From Piromyces finnis finn (taxonomy: Eukaryota > Fungi > Neocallimastigomycota), in the NCBI GenBank assembly GCA_002104945.1, contig MCFH01000078.1:151785-215784 (forward strand): a DNA stretch of 64,000 bases, in the 5' to 3' direction. Each line of letters opens with the position of its first letter. The stretch's first letter is position 1. Made by a program: the position numbers and the translations under genes. The notes beneath the pieces were generated by a model. The model searched no databases, had not been told where the DNA came from, and saw only the letters and a program-made list of their open reading frames with translations. Below, piece by piece: positions 49,762 to 62,500 of this stretch.

Positions 49762-50775
49762 TTATTTTTTAGATTTCTTTTTATTATTTTTTGTTGTTTG
49801 GTCTTTCTTTTTATGTTGAACATAGCCATGTTCATCAAGTAATTGTAAAGCAACGTCCTTAATATGTTTAAATCTATCTGGTCCAAGTTTAATTCCACCA
49901 TACCATCTCGTTACCATAACAAATACATTTCTAGCATCAATGACTTCAAGTAAACCTTCTAATGTTATACCAGCACCATGTTCACCATCATCATCATTTC
50001 CTTCATTAATAACACCACCTTCTTCCTCAATACGATAAGCAAACATATTATGAGTAGCTTTAGCAATCTTTTTATTTTTTAATAGTTCTTTTACTACCAT
50101 GCCGACTTGAGTAACATATTGAATTGATGCAATGTGTGCTATAAATACTGATTTTCTATCAACAATAGGTTCTTTAGAAGAATATATTACAGGTAAGGGA
50201 ACATCTTCTGGAATTGGCATATTAGTATAAGATGTAATATGCATTGATTTTAAATTTTCATCTAATTCAGAGTCTTCCTCAGAATCTGTTGTTTTTGTTT
50301 CATTAACTGGTAATATAATGGTTGTGGAAGCATTATTTTTTTTAATATCTTCAAGTATGCCATTCTTTATATCAGATTCAATGTAATCAGTAAGAGCTTG
50401 GACCCATTCATAAACAATGACTTCTCCTTTAAAATCATCCCATATATCTGAAAATTTATTGGAAATTTCTCTTTTATATTTTTCATCTAGTGAAATATCA
50501 ATACCTTTTTCTGTCCATTTACAATCAATATCATATATTGGTGGTTCATCTGAAGGATAAGTATCTTGGAAAAATATATTTAATTTAAGAAAAATGTCTT
50601 CTTGGTCTTGTAAACCAAGACTATCAAAATCATCTTTATTTATTACAGGGAATTTAAAAGTATAACTTTTATCTCCTTCATAATCCTTATTTGGATAAAA
50701 AGTATCATTTTCATAAATAGATGATAATACTATGATTTCATCCTCTTGACTCTGTTTATTACTTTCAATATCCAT
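49762..50775 (-). CDS. IMPACT: IMPACT/Yih1 homolog (RWD + UPF0029 'ancient' domain; GCN1-binding regulator of GCN2), intronless, 337 aa
   Basis: N-terminal RWD (QEDEIIVLSSIYE..YPSDEPP..GEVIVYEWV); C-terminal DRKSVFIAH..ATHNMFAYRI..DDDGEHGAG..VTRWYGGIKLGPDRFKHI. Confidence 0.93.
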   Translation of the reverse strand: MDIESNKQSQEDEIIVLSSIYENDTFYPNKDYEGDKSYTFKFPVINKDDFDSLGLQDQEDIFLKLNIFFQDTYPSDEPPIYDIDCKWTEKGIDISLDEKYKREISNKFSDIWDDFKGEVIVYEWVQALTDYIESDIKNGILEDIKKNNASTTIILPVNETKTTDSEEDSELDENLKSMHITSYTNMPIPEDVPLPVIYSSKEPIVDRKSVFIAHIASIQYVTQVGMVVKELLKNKKIAKATHNMFAYRIEEEGGVINEGNDDDGEHGAGITLEGLLEVIDARNVFVMVTRWYGGIKLGPDRFKHIKDVALQLLDEHGYVQHKKKDQTTKNNKKKSKK

Positions 50776-53700
50776 TTTAAATTTATATATTAAGAGGTTA
50801 AAGTTTATTTTTATTTATTATTTTTTTTTATAAATATATATAATATAATTGGTGTCCTTTGATTTTTTTACATAAAATCAAATCATATTTTTATTATTAA
50901 TATGTATAGGGTTAGGTTATTAAATATGTAAAGTAATAAATGAAAACAAATTCATAATTCTTTTTTTATTTATATTAATAAGATGTTTTGGATATAACTA
51001 TTTTTAAATTTATATGTTTTTTAATTAATATGTAATAATGAAAAAAAAAAACTTTAGTTAAAAGTTAATAGGAACGATTAAAGACTTTGTATTTTTATAT
51101 GGAAGTTATTAGTAAAGATTCAATATAATTAGCAATAAGATCAAACAGTTTATTTTTTGTACCTAAGTATAATTATATTTTTATAGTACTCATATACATA
51201 GAATAAATTGATATTTTAACTTTATTATAGTATATAAAAAAGAGGTCTAATAAATATATAATGATAACACAAAAACATAAAAATGAAAATATGATTTGAA
51301 AGACATATTATTAATGTTAATGATAAAAAAGAGAAATAACCAAAATAAAGATTATTGAAAATAATATAAATATAAGATGTTAATATTAATTGACCATCAT
51401 ATTTAATTCAATTATTAAAAATAGAAACATCAAGTAAAAAATAAATGAATAATAGAACTTTATTATTTTATATATTTAATTTATTTTTAAAACAAAATTA
51501 TACATTATTCATTATATATTTCAGCATTCCAACACTTTTTAATATAATACAATATAGTATAAAATAAATATTATTAATCATAATATATACTGTAAGATAA
51601 ATAATACGATAGAGAAATTTATAAGCATATAATAAAACATTTATCATATATATTTTTAAGGTTTTGGTAATATTCATTAATGAAATTTGATAGTTTTAAT
51701 TTTAAAATGAAATATAGAATAAAAACTCAAACAATATATATAAAATAACAGTAATATTTTTTTGTAAAATAAATAAGAAGAATAAGCCATAAATCTATTT
51801 TATTTATTTTTTAGTAAGAAATGAAATATAATATATTGTGAATAAACTATACTATTATTTTTAAGGATAAAAAGTTGATATAAAAAGGTAAATTAACAAT
51901 AATAATATATTTTTAATCACTTTTCATTAAACTGCAAAAAAAAGTTATATAATTAAAAAAGTAATAATAATTCAACATTTAAATTGAAAAAAAAAAAGTA
52001 ATTTTAATATTCGATATGATATTAATATATAGAGTTGAAAGAATTGTTTAAACAGTAATTTCATTATAAATACATAATGTATTATGCTACGTTATAATAA
52101 TACAAAATGTTTTTTTAATAAAATCATAAACATATATATAATATTAATTATTTGATTTAAATAATTATTATATAATTTACTTTATTCTTGTTTATACTAT
52201 ATATCCATAGAAATAAGAAAGTTTAATTTTCCTTAGTTAGTCATGATATTATGTTTTTTTTTCTGCATTAAGCTAAAAAAAAAAAAAATTGGCTATTTTA
52301 ATTCGAATTAATAAAATGCGCCGTTTTTTTAAAATAATAATATTATTAAACAATTATTAATATTTATAATAGTATCATAATAATAAAATAATTATTAATT
52401 TAATTTATCTTTTAATTTAAGGCCATAAAAAAAAATAAAATATCATTCTATTTTAGATATTATTATTTTATTATTCATATTTATATAATATAATATCCAA
52501 TTCAAAGTTTTTTTTTTTGTTTAAATAGAATATTATTTATTGGGAAATGAAAGAGTCATGGTTATTTCATTTATTATAGTATTGATACTTTTAATCATCA
52601 AAATATGATATGATTGTGGTAATAAAAGTAATGTATTAATTTTACAATAAATATTTTACCATCGTTTATAGAATATGAAAAGAAATTTTCATAAAAAAAA
52701 TTATAATAAAAGAATTTTCTTTAACCTTGCTATATTTAAATTTTTGTATAGAAAATAATTGAATTGAATTCAGAGAATAATAATTAAAGTAATAGTCACT
52801 AAGATAATTAGAATAATAATAATAATAATAATTTTTTAAAAACCATTATTATAATACGAATGATTATAGATTTTACAAACATATATTTTTTTAGTTCATT
52901 TAATAAATAAATTTGAGAGTGTTGTTAATAGGCATTTAATTTTTTAATCATTACTATTTCATTCTTTCATTATAATTTTTTTTTTGCTATATGAATTGGT
53001 GATAGGAATAATGTTTATGAATTAACCTTTAATTCATAAATAATATTCTATATTTGTAAGTAGGAAGTAGAGATATTAATTTTTTATATAGTTCATTTAA
53101 TAATAAATAATATTCTTGTAATAAGACAATTTTTTTATTTTTATAAAAAAAACAAACCATCCATTATAAATATATTTTTTTTTAACTATAAAATAATATA
53201 GATTAAAGTTTTTCTTTTTTTTCTTTTCTTTATGCTAGTTTAGATACATTAATTAAAATTTTATTTTATTATTAATAAAAAAAGTCAAGAAATTAAAAAA
53301 AAAAATATTTGAGAAAATATGAATATATTGTATCATATATTATAATATATATTAATTGATATAAATATAACAAATAATATATAATTTTATAACAGTCTAG
53401 ATTCTTTTAATTCAAAAAACTCTGTGTAACATTAGAATATAGTGTTTTCTTTTAAACAAAAAAAAAAGGGTGAGTTGAAAAGAATATAAAACTAATTAAA
53501 ATAATATATAATTTTTATATATCAATATTATACTATACAATATAATAATTATATAAATAAAGTTTTAATTTAAATCCAATTACCATTTTCAATAATAATT
53601 AAAAATGCTTAAATATTTTCTATAAAAAATAAAAGACGACTTTTAAAAAATGTTTATATTTTTTTTTACGTGTGGTTTCTATTTTTTTATTTATTTATTT

Positions 53701-55386
53701 GTAGTTAAAAAAGTAGTATAGAATATAAATTAATTTTTTTCTTTCTCAATCATTTTATTTTGTTATTATTAAAAAACAGAGATATACCTAATTTCTTTAT
53801 TTTTTTTATTAGATGAAAATTTAGGTATAAATATGGTAAAGTAAAAAAAGAAATTAATATCATGTTAAAAATTTTTATAAGAATTATTTAATAAATTAAA
53901 TATTTAAAATATGTATTAAAAATGTGTAATATATTCCGTTATTATGGATTAATAAATTTGAATGTTATCAAGCAGTAACGGTCCTTTTTATTATTCAAAA
54001 AAGGAGAATTGGATAAAGCTTATTCTTTATATGACTAGTAGTTGTAAATTAATAATTACTGTTCATATAAAAAAATGTTTTTTTTTTTTTTTTTTAATTT
54101 TAGAAATTGAATATGTATAATATAAAATAAAATAAAAAAAAGTATTTATTATTATGAATTGGTACTATACATACTATACCATCAAACTTTCTGAATTAAC
54201 ACTATAACTATTTTTAATGTTTCCTTTTACAACTTCTTTTTTTAAATATCATAATTTGTTTCAGTCTAGTACATTTTTAATATGATAATATATGATGATG
54301 TTATATTCATAATAAATGGACTAATATATGAACTAGAATTTTTATTTACATAAATAGATTTAATAAAGTTAAACCATAATAATAATAATATTAATTCTTT
54401 ATTTCAATATATGTAACCTTAATTATAAGACTAAACCTCTTTTCTTATTATTGCTAATATTATTACGAACCAATATTTCTAATTTTATTTTATTAAAAAT
54501 TTGTGATATACTAATAAATTATTAATTAATAACATATAATTATAGTATAAAGAATATATGCTGAGTAAATTCAATTTATAATAATGTATTAAAAATTGAT
54601 TATTTTATGTTACATTGAAATAGTATTATATTAAAAAATATATAGAATTTAATGTTACACAGAAATAGAACATATAATATATTTTAATAAATAAATAATA
54701 TATATTTAAATCTATTGATTATGAATTTTAAAAATTTAATAAAAATTTTAAAATTTAAGATATTAAAGGTATATTAAATATTTTTTAATATATAATAATA
54801 TATTTTATTATATATTCTATTAATACAAGAAATAATATAAGATTAAAAACATATATATTTAAATTTTAATTATATATTATTTTTTATTGAGTTATATTAA
54901 ATTAATTATTATGTATATTTTGTATTTTGTATTTTAAACTTTAATTATTAAGAGATTATTATATGATAATATTGAATAATGAATTATAATTATATTGGAA
55001 TATCAAAATATTTAAAAATTAATATAGGTCAATATATTACAATTGTTAATATATGAAAAAAGAAAAAAAGTATATAAAAGAAGGAAAATCCGGTAATTCA
55101 AAAATTTCAATAAAATATAAAAAATAAAAACAAAAAAAATTTTTTAAAATTATTTTATTTTATTTTAATACATATATATATAATTTACAAATTTTAAAAA
55201 TTATATATATATAATTTTTTTTGTAAAGAAAAAATAAAAAAATATAGATTTAAAAAACAAACAAATATTTAAAAGGAAAAAAAAAAACCTTTAAAATAAT
55301 ACTAATAGAAATAATTAATATAATACCTTAATTTACAAACAATTATACCAATTTTATTTATAAACAATATAATATAGATAATAAAA

Positions 55387-57717
55387 ATGCAACTTACTAT
55401 TAAGAACTTACATATTTTACTCGCCTTCATCGCTTTTGCTATGATGGTTTTATCTTCTCCAATTCCAAATGCTAATGAAGTATCTACACTTGAAGCTTCT
55501 GCTACTGAAGATGAATCCCTTCCAGCTCTTAACGATAGCATTGATTCAAGTGATGAAGCTGAACCAATTTTAGATGATGCTGATATTAAGGAAGTTCTTT
55601 CAGAAAATGAAAATACTCCAGCTGATGATGAAGAAGAAAACAATGTTGATGAACTTCCATCTACCACTGAAGAAGATGATGATGAAAATGGTAATGATGA
55701 TGAAACTGGTGACAATGATGAAATTGTTCCAGAAGTCACTGATGTTAGTGGTGATAATGAAGAAATTACTGATGAACCAACTGATGTTGATGGTTCTGAT
55801 GATGAACCATCTATTCTTGCTGATGAACCAGTTGATGAAATTGATGATGCTGCTCCAACTGATGATTTAACTGAAGTTGAAGATTCTAGTGAAGAAGACA
55901 AGTCTCTTCCAGAAAAGGTTATTGATGAAGTTGTTGACACTACTGAAAAGGTTGTTGAAAAGGTTGTTGAAAAGGTAAAGGATGTTCTTGGTCTTAACTC
56001 TGATGACGAAGAAGCTCCAGAAACTCCAGTTGAAGAAACTGTTGAAAACCAAGCTCCAGTTGAACCAGCTGCCCCACTTAATGAACCAAATGTTCCATCT
56101 GATGACGAAGAATACTACGTCGACAATGAAGATGATTGCAAGTCTGGTGATGAAATTGTTATTCCAGATGTTCCAGCTGAAGAACAAGAACAATACACTG
56201 TTGATAACGAAGACGAATGTGAATCTGGTGACGAAATTGTTCCACAAGTTCCATCTGCTGAAGAACCAAATGCTCCAGCTGATGATGTTTTCTCAGAAAA
56301 CCCATCTAACGATCAAGAATCTGAAAATGAAGAACCAAATGTTCCATCTGCTGATGAACCAACTGTTCCATCTGTTGAAGAAGATGAAGAACCAAATGTT
56401 CCATCTGCTGATGAACCAAATGCTCCATCTGCTGAAAATTCTTCTAACGAAGATGAAGAACCAAATGTTCCATCTGCTGATGAACCAAATGCTCCAGCTG
56501 AAAATTCTTCTAACGAAGATGATGAACCAAATGTTCCATCTGCTGATGAACCAAATGCTCCAGCTGAAAATTCTTCTAACGAAGATGATGAACCAAATGT
56601 TCCATCTGCTGAAGAACCAAATGTTCCATCTGCTGAAGAACCAAATGTTCCATCTGATGACGAAGAATACTACGTCGACAATGAAGATGATTGCAAGTCT
56701 GGTGATGAAATTGTTATTCCAGATGTTCCAGCTGAAGAACAAGAACAATACACTGTTGATAACGAAGACGAATGTGAATCTGGTGACGAAATTGTTCCAC
56801 AAGTTCCATCTGATGACGAAGAATACTACGTCGACAATGAAGATGATTGCAAGTCTGGTGATGAAATTGTTATTCCAGATGTTCCAGCTGAAGAACAAGA
56901 ACAATACACTGTTGATAACGAAGACGAATGTGAATCTGGTGACGAAATTGTTCCACAAGTTCCATCTGCTGAAGAACCAAATGCTCCAGCTGATGATGTT
57001 TTCTCAGAAAACCCATCTAACGATCAAGAATCTGAAAATGAAGAACCAAATGTTCCATCTGCTGATGAACCAACTGTTCCATCTGTTGAAGAAGATGAAG
57101 AACCAAATGTTCCATCTGCTGATGAACCAAATGCTCCATCTGCTGAAAACTCTGTTAACGAAGATGAAGTTGAAGATGTTAATGATGCTCCAAAGGAAGA
57201 ACCATCTGTTCCATCTGATGAAGAAGAATATGTTGTTGATAATGAAGATGATTGTGAATCTGGTGATGAAATCATTAATGAAAATGCCAACACTCCATCT
57301 GATGATGAAGCCAACACTCCAGCTGATGATGAAACCAACACTCCAGCTGATGATGAAGCCAACACTCCAGCTGATGATGAAGCCAACACTCCAGCTGATG
57401 ATGAAGCCAACACTCCAGCTGATGATGAATTCCTTCCAGGAGAAGGTGATAAGGTTGTTTCAGACGAAGAAGATTGTGGTACTGATGATGAAATCATCTA
57501 CATTGATGATGAAGTTGAAGAACCATCTGAAACTATTTACAGTACTATAACCATTACCGTTGAACCAACTGAAACCACTGATCTTGAAGAAGAACCAATT
57601 GATTTAGACGAACCAGCTGAAACTGGTAAGGTTGAAGAAAACAGTGATGATGATGAAATTCAAGATATTAATGAAACTCTTGAAAACGAAGAAGATTCTA
57701 GTGATGAATTAAACTAA
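55387..57717 (+). CDS. Secreted, extremely acidic (D/E/P/N) tandem-repeat protein, 776 aa, intronless
   Basis: Signal peptide MQLTIKNLHILLAFIAFAMMVLSS; strongly biased codons (GAA, GAT, CCA, GCT); EPN(V/A)PSA(D/E) repeats and 8 copies of a single-Cys motif; no C-terminal hydrophobic anchor. Confidence 0.9.
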   Translation: MQLTIKNLHILLAFIAFAMMVLSSPIPNANEVSTLEASATEDESLPALNDSIDSSDEAEPILDDADIKEVLSENENTPADDEEENNVDELPSTTEEDDDENGNDDETGDNDEIVPEVTDVSGDNEEITDEPTDVDGSDDEPSILADEPVDEIDDAAPTDDLTEVEDSSEEDKSLPEKVIDEVVDTTEKVVEKVVEKVKDVLGLNSDDEEAPETPVEETVENQAPVEPAAPLNEPNVPSDDEEYYVDNEDDCKSGDEIVIPDVPAEEQEQYTVDNEDECESGDEIVPQVPSAEEPNAPADDVFSENPSNDQESENEEPNVPSADEPTVPSVEEDEEPNVPSADEPNAPSAENSSNEDEEPNVPSADEPNAPAENSSNEDDEPNVPSADEPNAPAENSSNEDDEPNVPSAEEPNVPSAEEPNVPSDDEEYYVDNEDDCKSGDEIVIPDVPAEEQEQYTVDNEDECESGDEIVPQVPSDDEEYYVDNEDDCKSGDEIVIPDVPAEEQEQYTVDNEDECESGDEIVPQVPSAEEPNAPADDVFSENPSNDQESENEEPNVPSADEPTVPSVEEDEEPNVPSADEPNAPSAENSVNEDEVEDVNDAPKEEPSVPSDEEEYVVDNEDDCESGDEIINENANTPSDDEANTPADDETNTPADDEANTPADDEANTPADDEANTPADDEFLPGEGDKVVSDEEDCGTDDEIIYIDDEVEEPSETIYSTITITVEPTETTDLEEEPIDLDEPAETGKVEENSDDDEIQDINETLENEEDSSDELN

Positions 57718-58477
57718 ATTTCTTGAAAATATTTAAATAATTTAATATTTTCAGAATATTGTTTATAAATAAAAATAAATATTTGTTTGTTTTTTTAAAA
57801 ATTTTATAATAATTTTATTATAAAATTTAAGGGTGAAAATAGTATTTTTGTGTGTATTACATATAGAAAAAATAAGTAATAAATAATAATTATCAAAAAT
57901 AATATTTCACTGAACATTTAACAAACAAATTAATATAATATATATAGAGTTTTAATTAATATTTATTTATTAATTCTTTTTTTTTTTTTTTTTATAATCT
58001 TTATTAAGAATTATAATATGGAATTATCAAAAAAAGTAAATTAAGGTTCTTAAAATTGAAATAAATATATAAATAAATAGTAAAAATGAATAAAAAAAAA
58101 ATAAATAGCAAAATATTAATAATAAATTGACAAATAGTTCAAAAAATAATTAAAAACTCTTAAAAAAATAAAAATAATAAATAAATAAAATAGTTTTTAA
58201 ACACAAATGTTTAAAAAATGAATTAATTAATAAAAAACAAACAAAAAAAACAATTAAAATATAATACATAAAAAAATATCAAAATAAGCGAAGCTAAATC
58301 GTAAAAATAATGTATTATATTTTAAATATATTAATATAATTAATCATAATATCATAAATTCTTATTATATATATATCAAGTAAATAATATTATAAATAAA
58401 AATAAATGTAAAAAATAAATAATAAAATAACAATAATAAAAAAGGATTAATTTATTGTTGTGTTATTTTTAAAAATT

Positions 58478-58580
58478 TGTGGTGGACTTTTTGCAGATGA
58501 TATAGTTATTTGTGCTCCAACAAGAGGATGCTTAAAAAAGATGCTTAGAAGAGTTAATGAATGGGCCTTGTATAATGAAA
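58478..58580 (+). mobile_element. 103-bp fragment of the LINE RT active-site region (GGLFADDIVICAP...)
   Basis: Identical to 62429-62531 except two synonymous changes (gcc ttg vs gca ctg). Confidence 0.93.
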
Positions 58581-58944
58581 CAAGGGTACCCTCTTGGGAA
58601 CGTGCCTTCATTTATTTAATAAATGTAGTTTCTCAAGGGGGTCTACTCATACCCTCTTGGGAACGTGCCTTCATTTATTTAATAAATGTAGTTTCTCAAG
58701 GGGGTCTACTCATGCTCATGGTACTGAGAGAGTAGAAAGAATTAAATCCAAGTATTGCGCAATGGATGCTTGGTGCCCTCTTAGGAATGTGCCTTCATTT
58801 ATTTAATAAATGTAATTTCTCAAGGGGGTCTACTCATGCTCATGGTACTGAGAGAGTAGAAAGAATTAAATCCAAGCATTGCGCAATGGATGCTTGGTTA
58901 GTCTTTAAGGGAAAATTATTAAGACTAAGCTCATGGTACTGAGC
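58581..58944. repeat. Hairpin-rich tandem array A-A-B-A-B-C-B' (A = 63 nt, B = 61 nt)
   Basis: A at 58588, 58651, 58775; B at 58714, 58838; partial B at 58929-58944. Each unit is internally self-complementary. Confidence 0.92.
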
Positions 58945-59542
58945 GATTAAAAAACATTTTATTCATCAAATTTAAGTATTTGATGAATAAGTGAATGTTT
59001 GATTTTTCAGGTAAGTTTGTATAGTATTTAATTAGAAGAGTAATACATTTTGTTGCTGTATTTTTTCTTTTATTCATGTATTCATGTAGTACTACTCTTC
59101 TCTTGTAAGAATCCAATGTAGTCAACTTTAGCATTTGCATTGTACTTTTATATTCATGTAGCTATTGTTGTATTGTTTCTTGTAAGAGACTGATTCACTC
59201 TACATCATGTAAAAATACTATTCACAAGCTTTCTGGTGTCGACATTCTTGATTCAAATTTTTTACCAATTTAAATATTTAATGAAAAGTAAAGTCAAACA
59301 AGTTTAGTGTCAAAAAGCGAATCGAATTTACTAACAACAAACCAAAACTAGAATTTTTAAAGAAAATTTACAACTAGAATTCAAAAAAAAGAAACTTTAA
59401 ACAAAGCATCGTAACAATTTTTGTACTATCCAGTACTTTTAAGAAGAGAGAGAGAGACAGATTTTTTTCCATATACGTTATATTTGTAATTTTTATTAGT
59501 ATTTATTTTATATTCAATATTTTTTAATTAGAATTTATTATC

Positions 59543-62500
59543 ATGTCAGTCCTTTATATTAAAGATAAGAATTATATCAGACGTGATACCCGGTCTTATG
59601 GTATCCCCTTAGATGATATTCGCTCCTTCTTTATCCGTGGTATTCGATCATGGTCAGTAAATATGCTATGGGAAAAACTCGAGGTTATTCTAGAAGATAA
59701 ATTTAATTCAGTTATTAGTGTTAAATATTTTCAAACTTTCAATGATCACTTTTTCTTAGTCAAGGTTCATGGTTCATCAAAAGATTGTATTAAAATCTTA
59801 CACATGTTAAAGAAGAAACTTTCAGTTACCTCAATTTCCTTTTCAGCTCGTAGTAAAAGGAATCACAAATACACTTTTTCCACTCTCAAACGTAAAATTT
59901 TAGTTTCTAATAAACATCAACATTCTATTCAACAATCATTTCAACAATCAGTTCAACAATCTCATCAACAATCCGATCTTCAACAAGATCTTCAACAGGA
60001 TCTTCAACAAGTTTCCCATCATGAAAATATTCCAGATCTACAGCAAACACAATTTCAATCTCAACATTCAACAATTAATTCTAATAGTTCTATCAACTCT
60101 GATAACAGTTCAATAGTTGATAGTTCTTCAGTTTCACAGCCATCTAGTAATAGTTCTACTTATTCCTCTGATGCATCATCCATTAATAACGATGACTTTA
60201 ATAATAATAATAATAGCAACGATTCTTCCTCATCCAACAAGCCTGATAACTTTTCTTTTTGTCTTAGTTGGAACACCAATGGGTGGAATCATGAAAAGAG
60301 GGATAGTATTAGCTATTTCACAGCTATTTTCAAACCATTATTCTTATGTTTCCAAGAAACTGGTAATGGTTCTGGTTCGAATACAGATTATCCTTGTCGT
60401 GTTACTTTGCGAAACTATAGACACTTTTTCAAGAAAGCTGACGAATCAGTTCCGGGAATGAGAGGTTTATATTTAGGTTTTCACAATTCGTGTCAAGCCT
60501 CACTTGAAAACTTCTCTGGAAAGTATATTATTTCTATTTATACTTTTAGTCTCTGGAATAGATTCAAATGCTCGATTGGAAATGTTTATATGCCTCATAG
60601 TCATCACAACATCTATGTTGATCATGCAAAGTTAGAAGTTCGCTTGTGGTTACAAACTCATTCATCCCATCCATCGATTCTTGTTGGTGATTTTAATATG
60701 TCTAAAGTAAAATTATCCAACTGGTTATCAACTAATGGATTAGGAGATTGGGAAATTCTTCCGCTTAGAGGGTCTACTATCTCTTGGACTCGAGGTGATC
60801 AATCTTCCGACATTGACCATGCTCTTATCAATTCGAAGATGAAAGATCTTATTCACTCAGGATCATTTATAAATAATTTTTATCCTGTATCAGACCATAA
60901 GCCACTTCTTATTAATGGTAAAATTATTCCTATGGAAGATTTTTCTAATGACTTTAACGTTCCTAAGAAAATTCTGAAATGGAATAGATTAAAATGTACT
61001 GAGGAAAAGGAATCTATTCTCAGTCATAATAAATTCCAAATACTTTCAGCAAAATTCAACGATCCTAATGCTTCTACAGATGAACTTTCCAAAGAATTTA
61101 CTTCAACTGCTTTTTCAATTGCAGACGAGCTCAGTATTACCTCAGCAAATAATGTTATAAAGTCTTCATTTCATATTTCACAACAAATTTTTAATCTCCA
61201 AAAAATCAAAATGAAGTTGTATAAGAGATTTAAAAAAGAAAGAATTTATGATATAGATGAATTTATTAAAAGAATTAAAATCTACCGTAAGCTCATTGAT
61301 TACATCCACAAAAGATGTAATGAATTTAGGAAGCAAGAATATCTTCATTGGATTAAAACAGGATGTGAGTATATGAAGAGTCATAATCCTAAGAAGGCCT
61401 GGAAATGGATCAAAAAAACTGCAAAAATTGGAAAAGATTCTTTCTTTATTGCTCAACCAATTAAAAACAAAAATGGAGAATTAGTTGTTGCTACGGAAGA
61501 ACAACTAGATGTGTGGCATGATCATTTCGAAAATCTTGCATCAGATCCAAGTGGTGTAAGTCTTGATTTGGAGCATTGGTATGAAGAACCAACGAATAAA
61601 CGTTTTTCACTTCCTATGCTTGATGAGTGGGATATCAACCAAGATATTAGTATTGATGAAGTCAAGTCAGCTATCCTCTCTACTCCAAATTATAAAGCAT
61701 CAGGTCCGGATGGTATTCCAATTGAATTTTACAAAGCATTAATTCCATCAAGTAATGATTCTAATAATGCTACAGATAATAATTCTTCTGGTAATACTAC
61801 TTCAGATAATGATGCTCATGGTTTAAATTTTATTCTTAAATTATTTAACCGTATTTGGGATGGAGATTTCCCCAACTCATGGAATGAATCCAGTATTGTT
61901 TCTATTCCTAAGAAGGGAGATTTGACAGATTGTGATAACTATCGAGGTATATCACTTATCAATAATGGTATTAAGTTGATCTCCAAAATTGTCACCACTA
62001 GAATCTCAGAATATGGTCTAAAGAATAATTTCATTAGACCTGAACAATTTGGTTTTCGAAAAAAGGAAGAAAGTATCAGTCTTTTCATTTCAATCCAAGA
62101 AATATGCCGTAGACGTCAATTAGATAATAAAGAGACATATTTGGCCTTTTTAGATCTCAGGAAAGCATACGATTCAGTCCCAATCGGTAATATTCTCCAT
62201 AAATTAGATTGTTTAGGAATCCGAGGTAAGAGTTTACAATTTATCAAAAATTTATATTTAACATCTAAGGCTAATGTCAAATTAGATGGACAATTCTCGA
62301 AATCTTTTGATGTGAAGAAAGGAGTCCGTCAAGGTTGCCCTCTTTCTCCTATTCTCTTTAATCTCTTTATTAATGATATATTTAGAGAGTGCGAAGATCT
62401 AGGAGTCAGTTTAGGTGACACTCGATGCTGTGGTGGACTTTTTGCAGATGATATAGTTATTTGTGCTCCAACAAGAGGATGCTTAAAAAAGATGCTTAGA

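Noticed and set aside
50800-55300. 4.5-kb gap as a hidden gene or ncRNA
   Set aside because: Uniformly very AT-rich with no exon-like segments, tRNA or rRNA motifs; only short palindromes such as ttaattcgaattaa near 52297, expected by chance.
55302-57550. Alternative-frame and antisense ORFs over the acidic protein, including the 522-aa M/K/L/N ORF 55982-57550
   Set aside because: Shadows created by biased GAT/GAA/CCA codon repeats; the 55387 frame has the signal peptide and codon bias.
58588-58944. CRISPR-like repeat array
   Set aside because: Units abut or alternate with an identical B unit, so there are no unique spacers; eukaryotic context and no cas genes.
58460-59140. ORFs 58460-58735, 58594-58806 and 58931-59140 as genes
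   Set aside because: The first is the 103-bp RT fragment reading into the hairpin array, the second is the array itself, and the third has no recognisable motif.
59220-59345. HDV-like ribozyme at the LINE 5' end (GCGAAT resembles J4/2)
   Set aside because: Could not build P1/P1.1/P3: no GG after a P1 3' strand and no L3 consensus.
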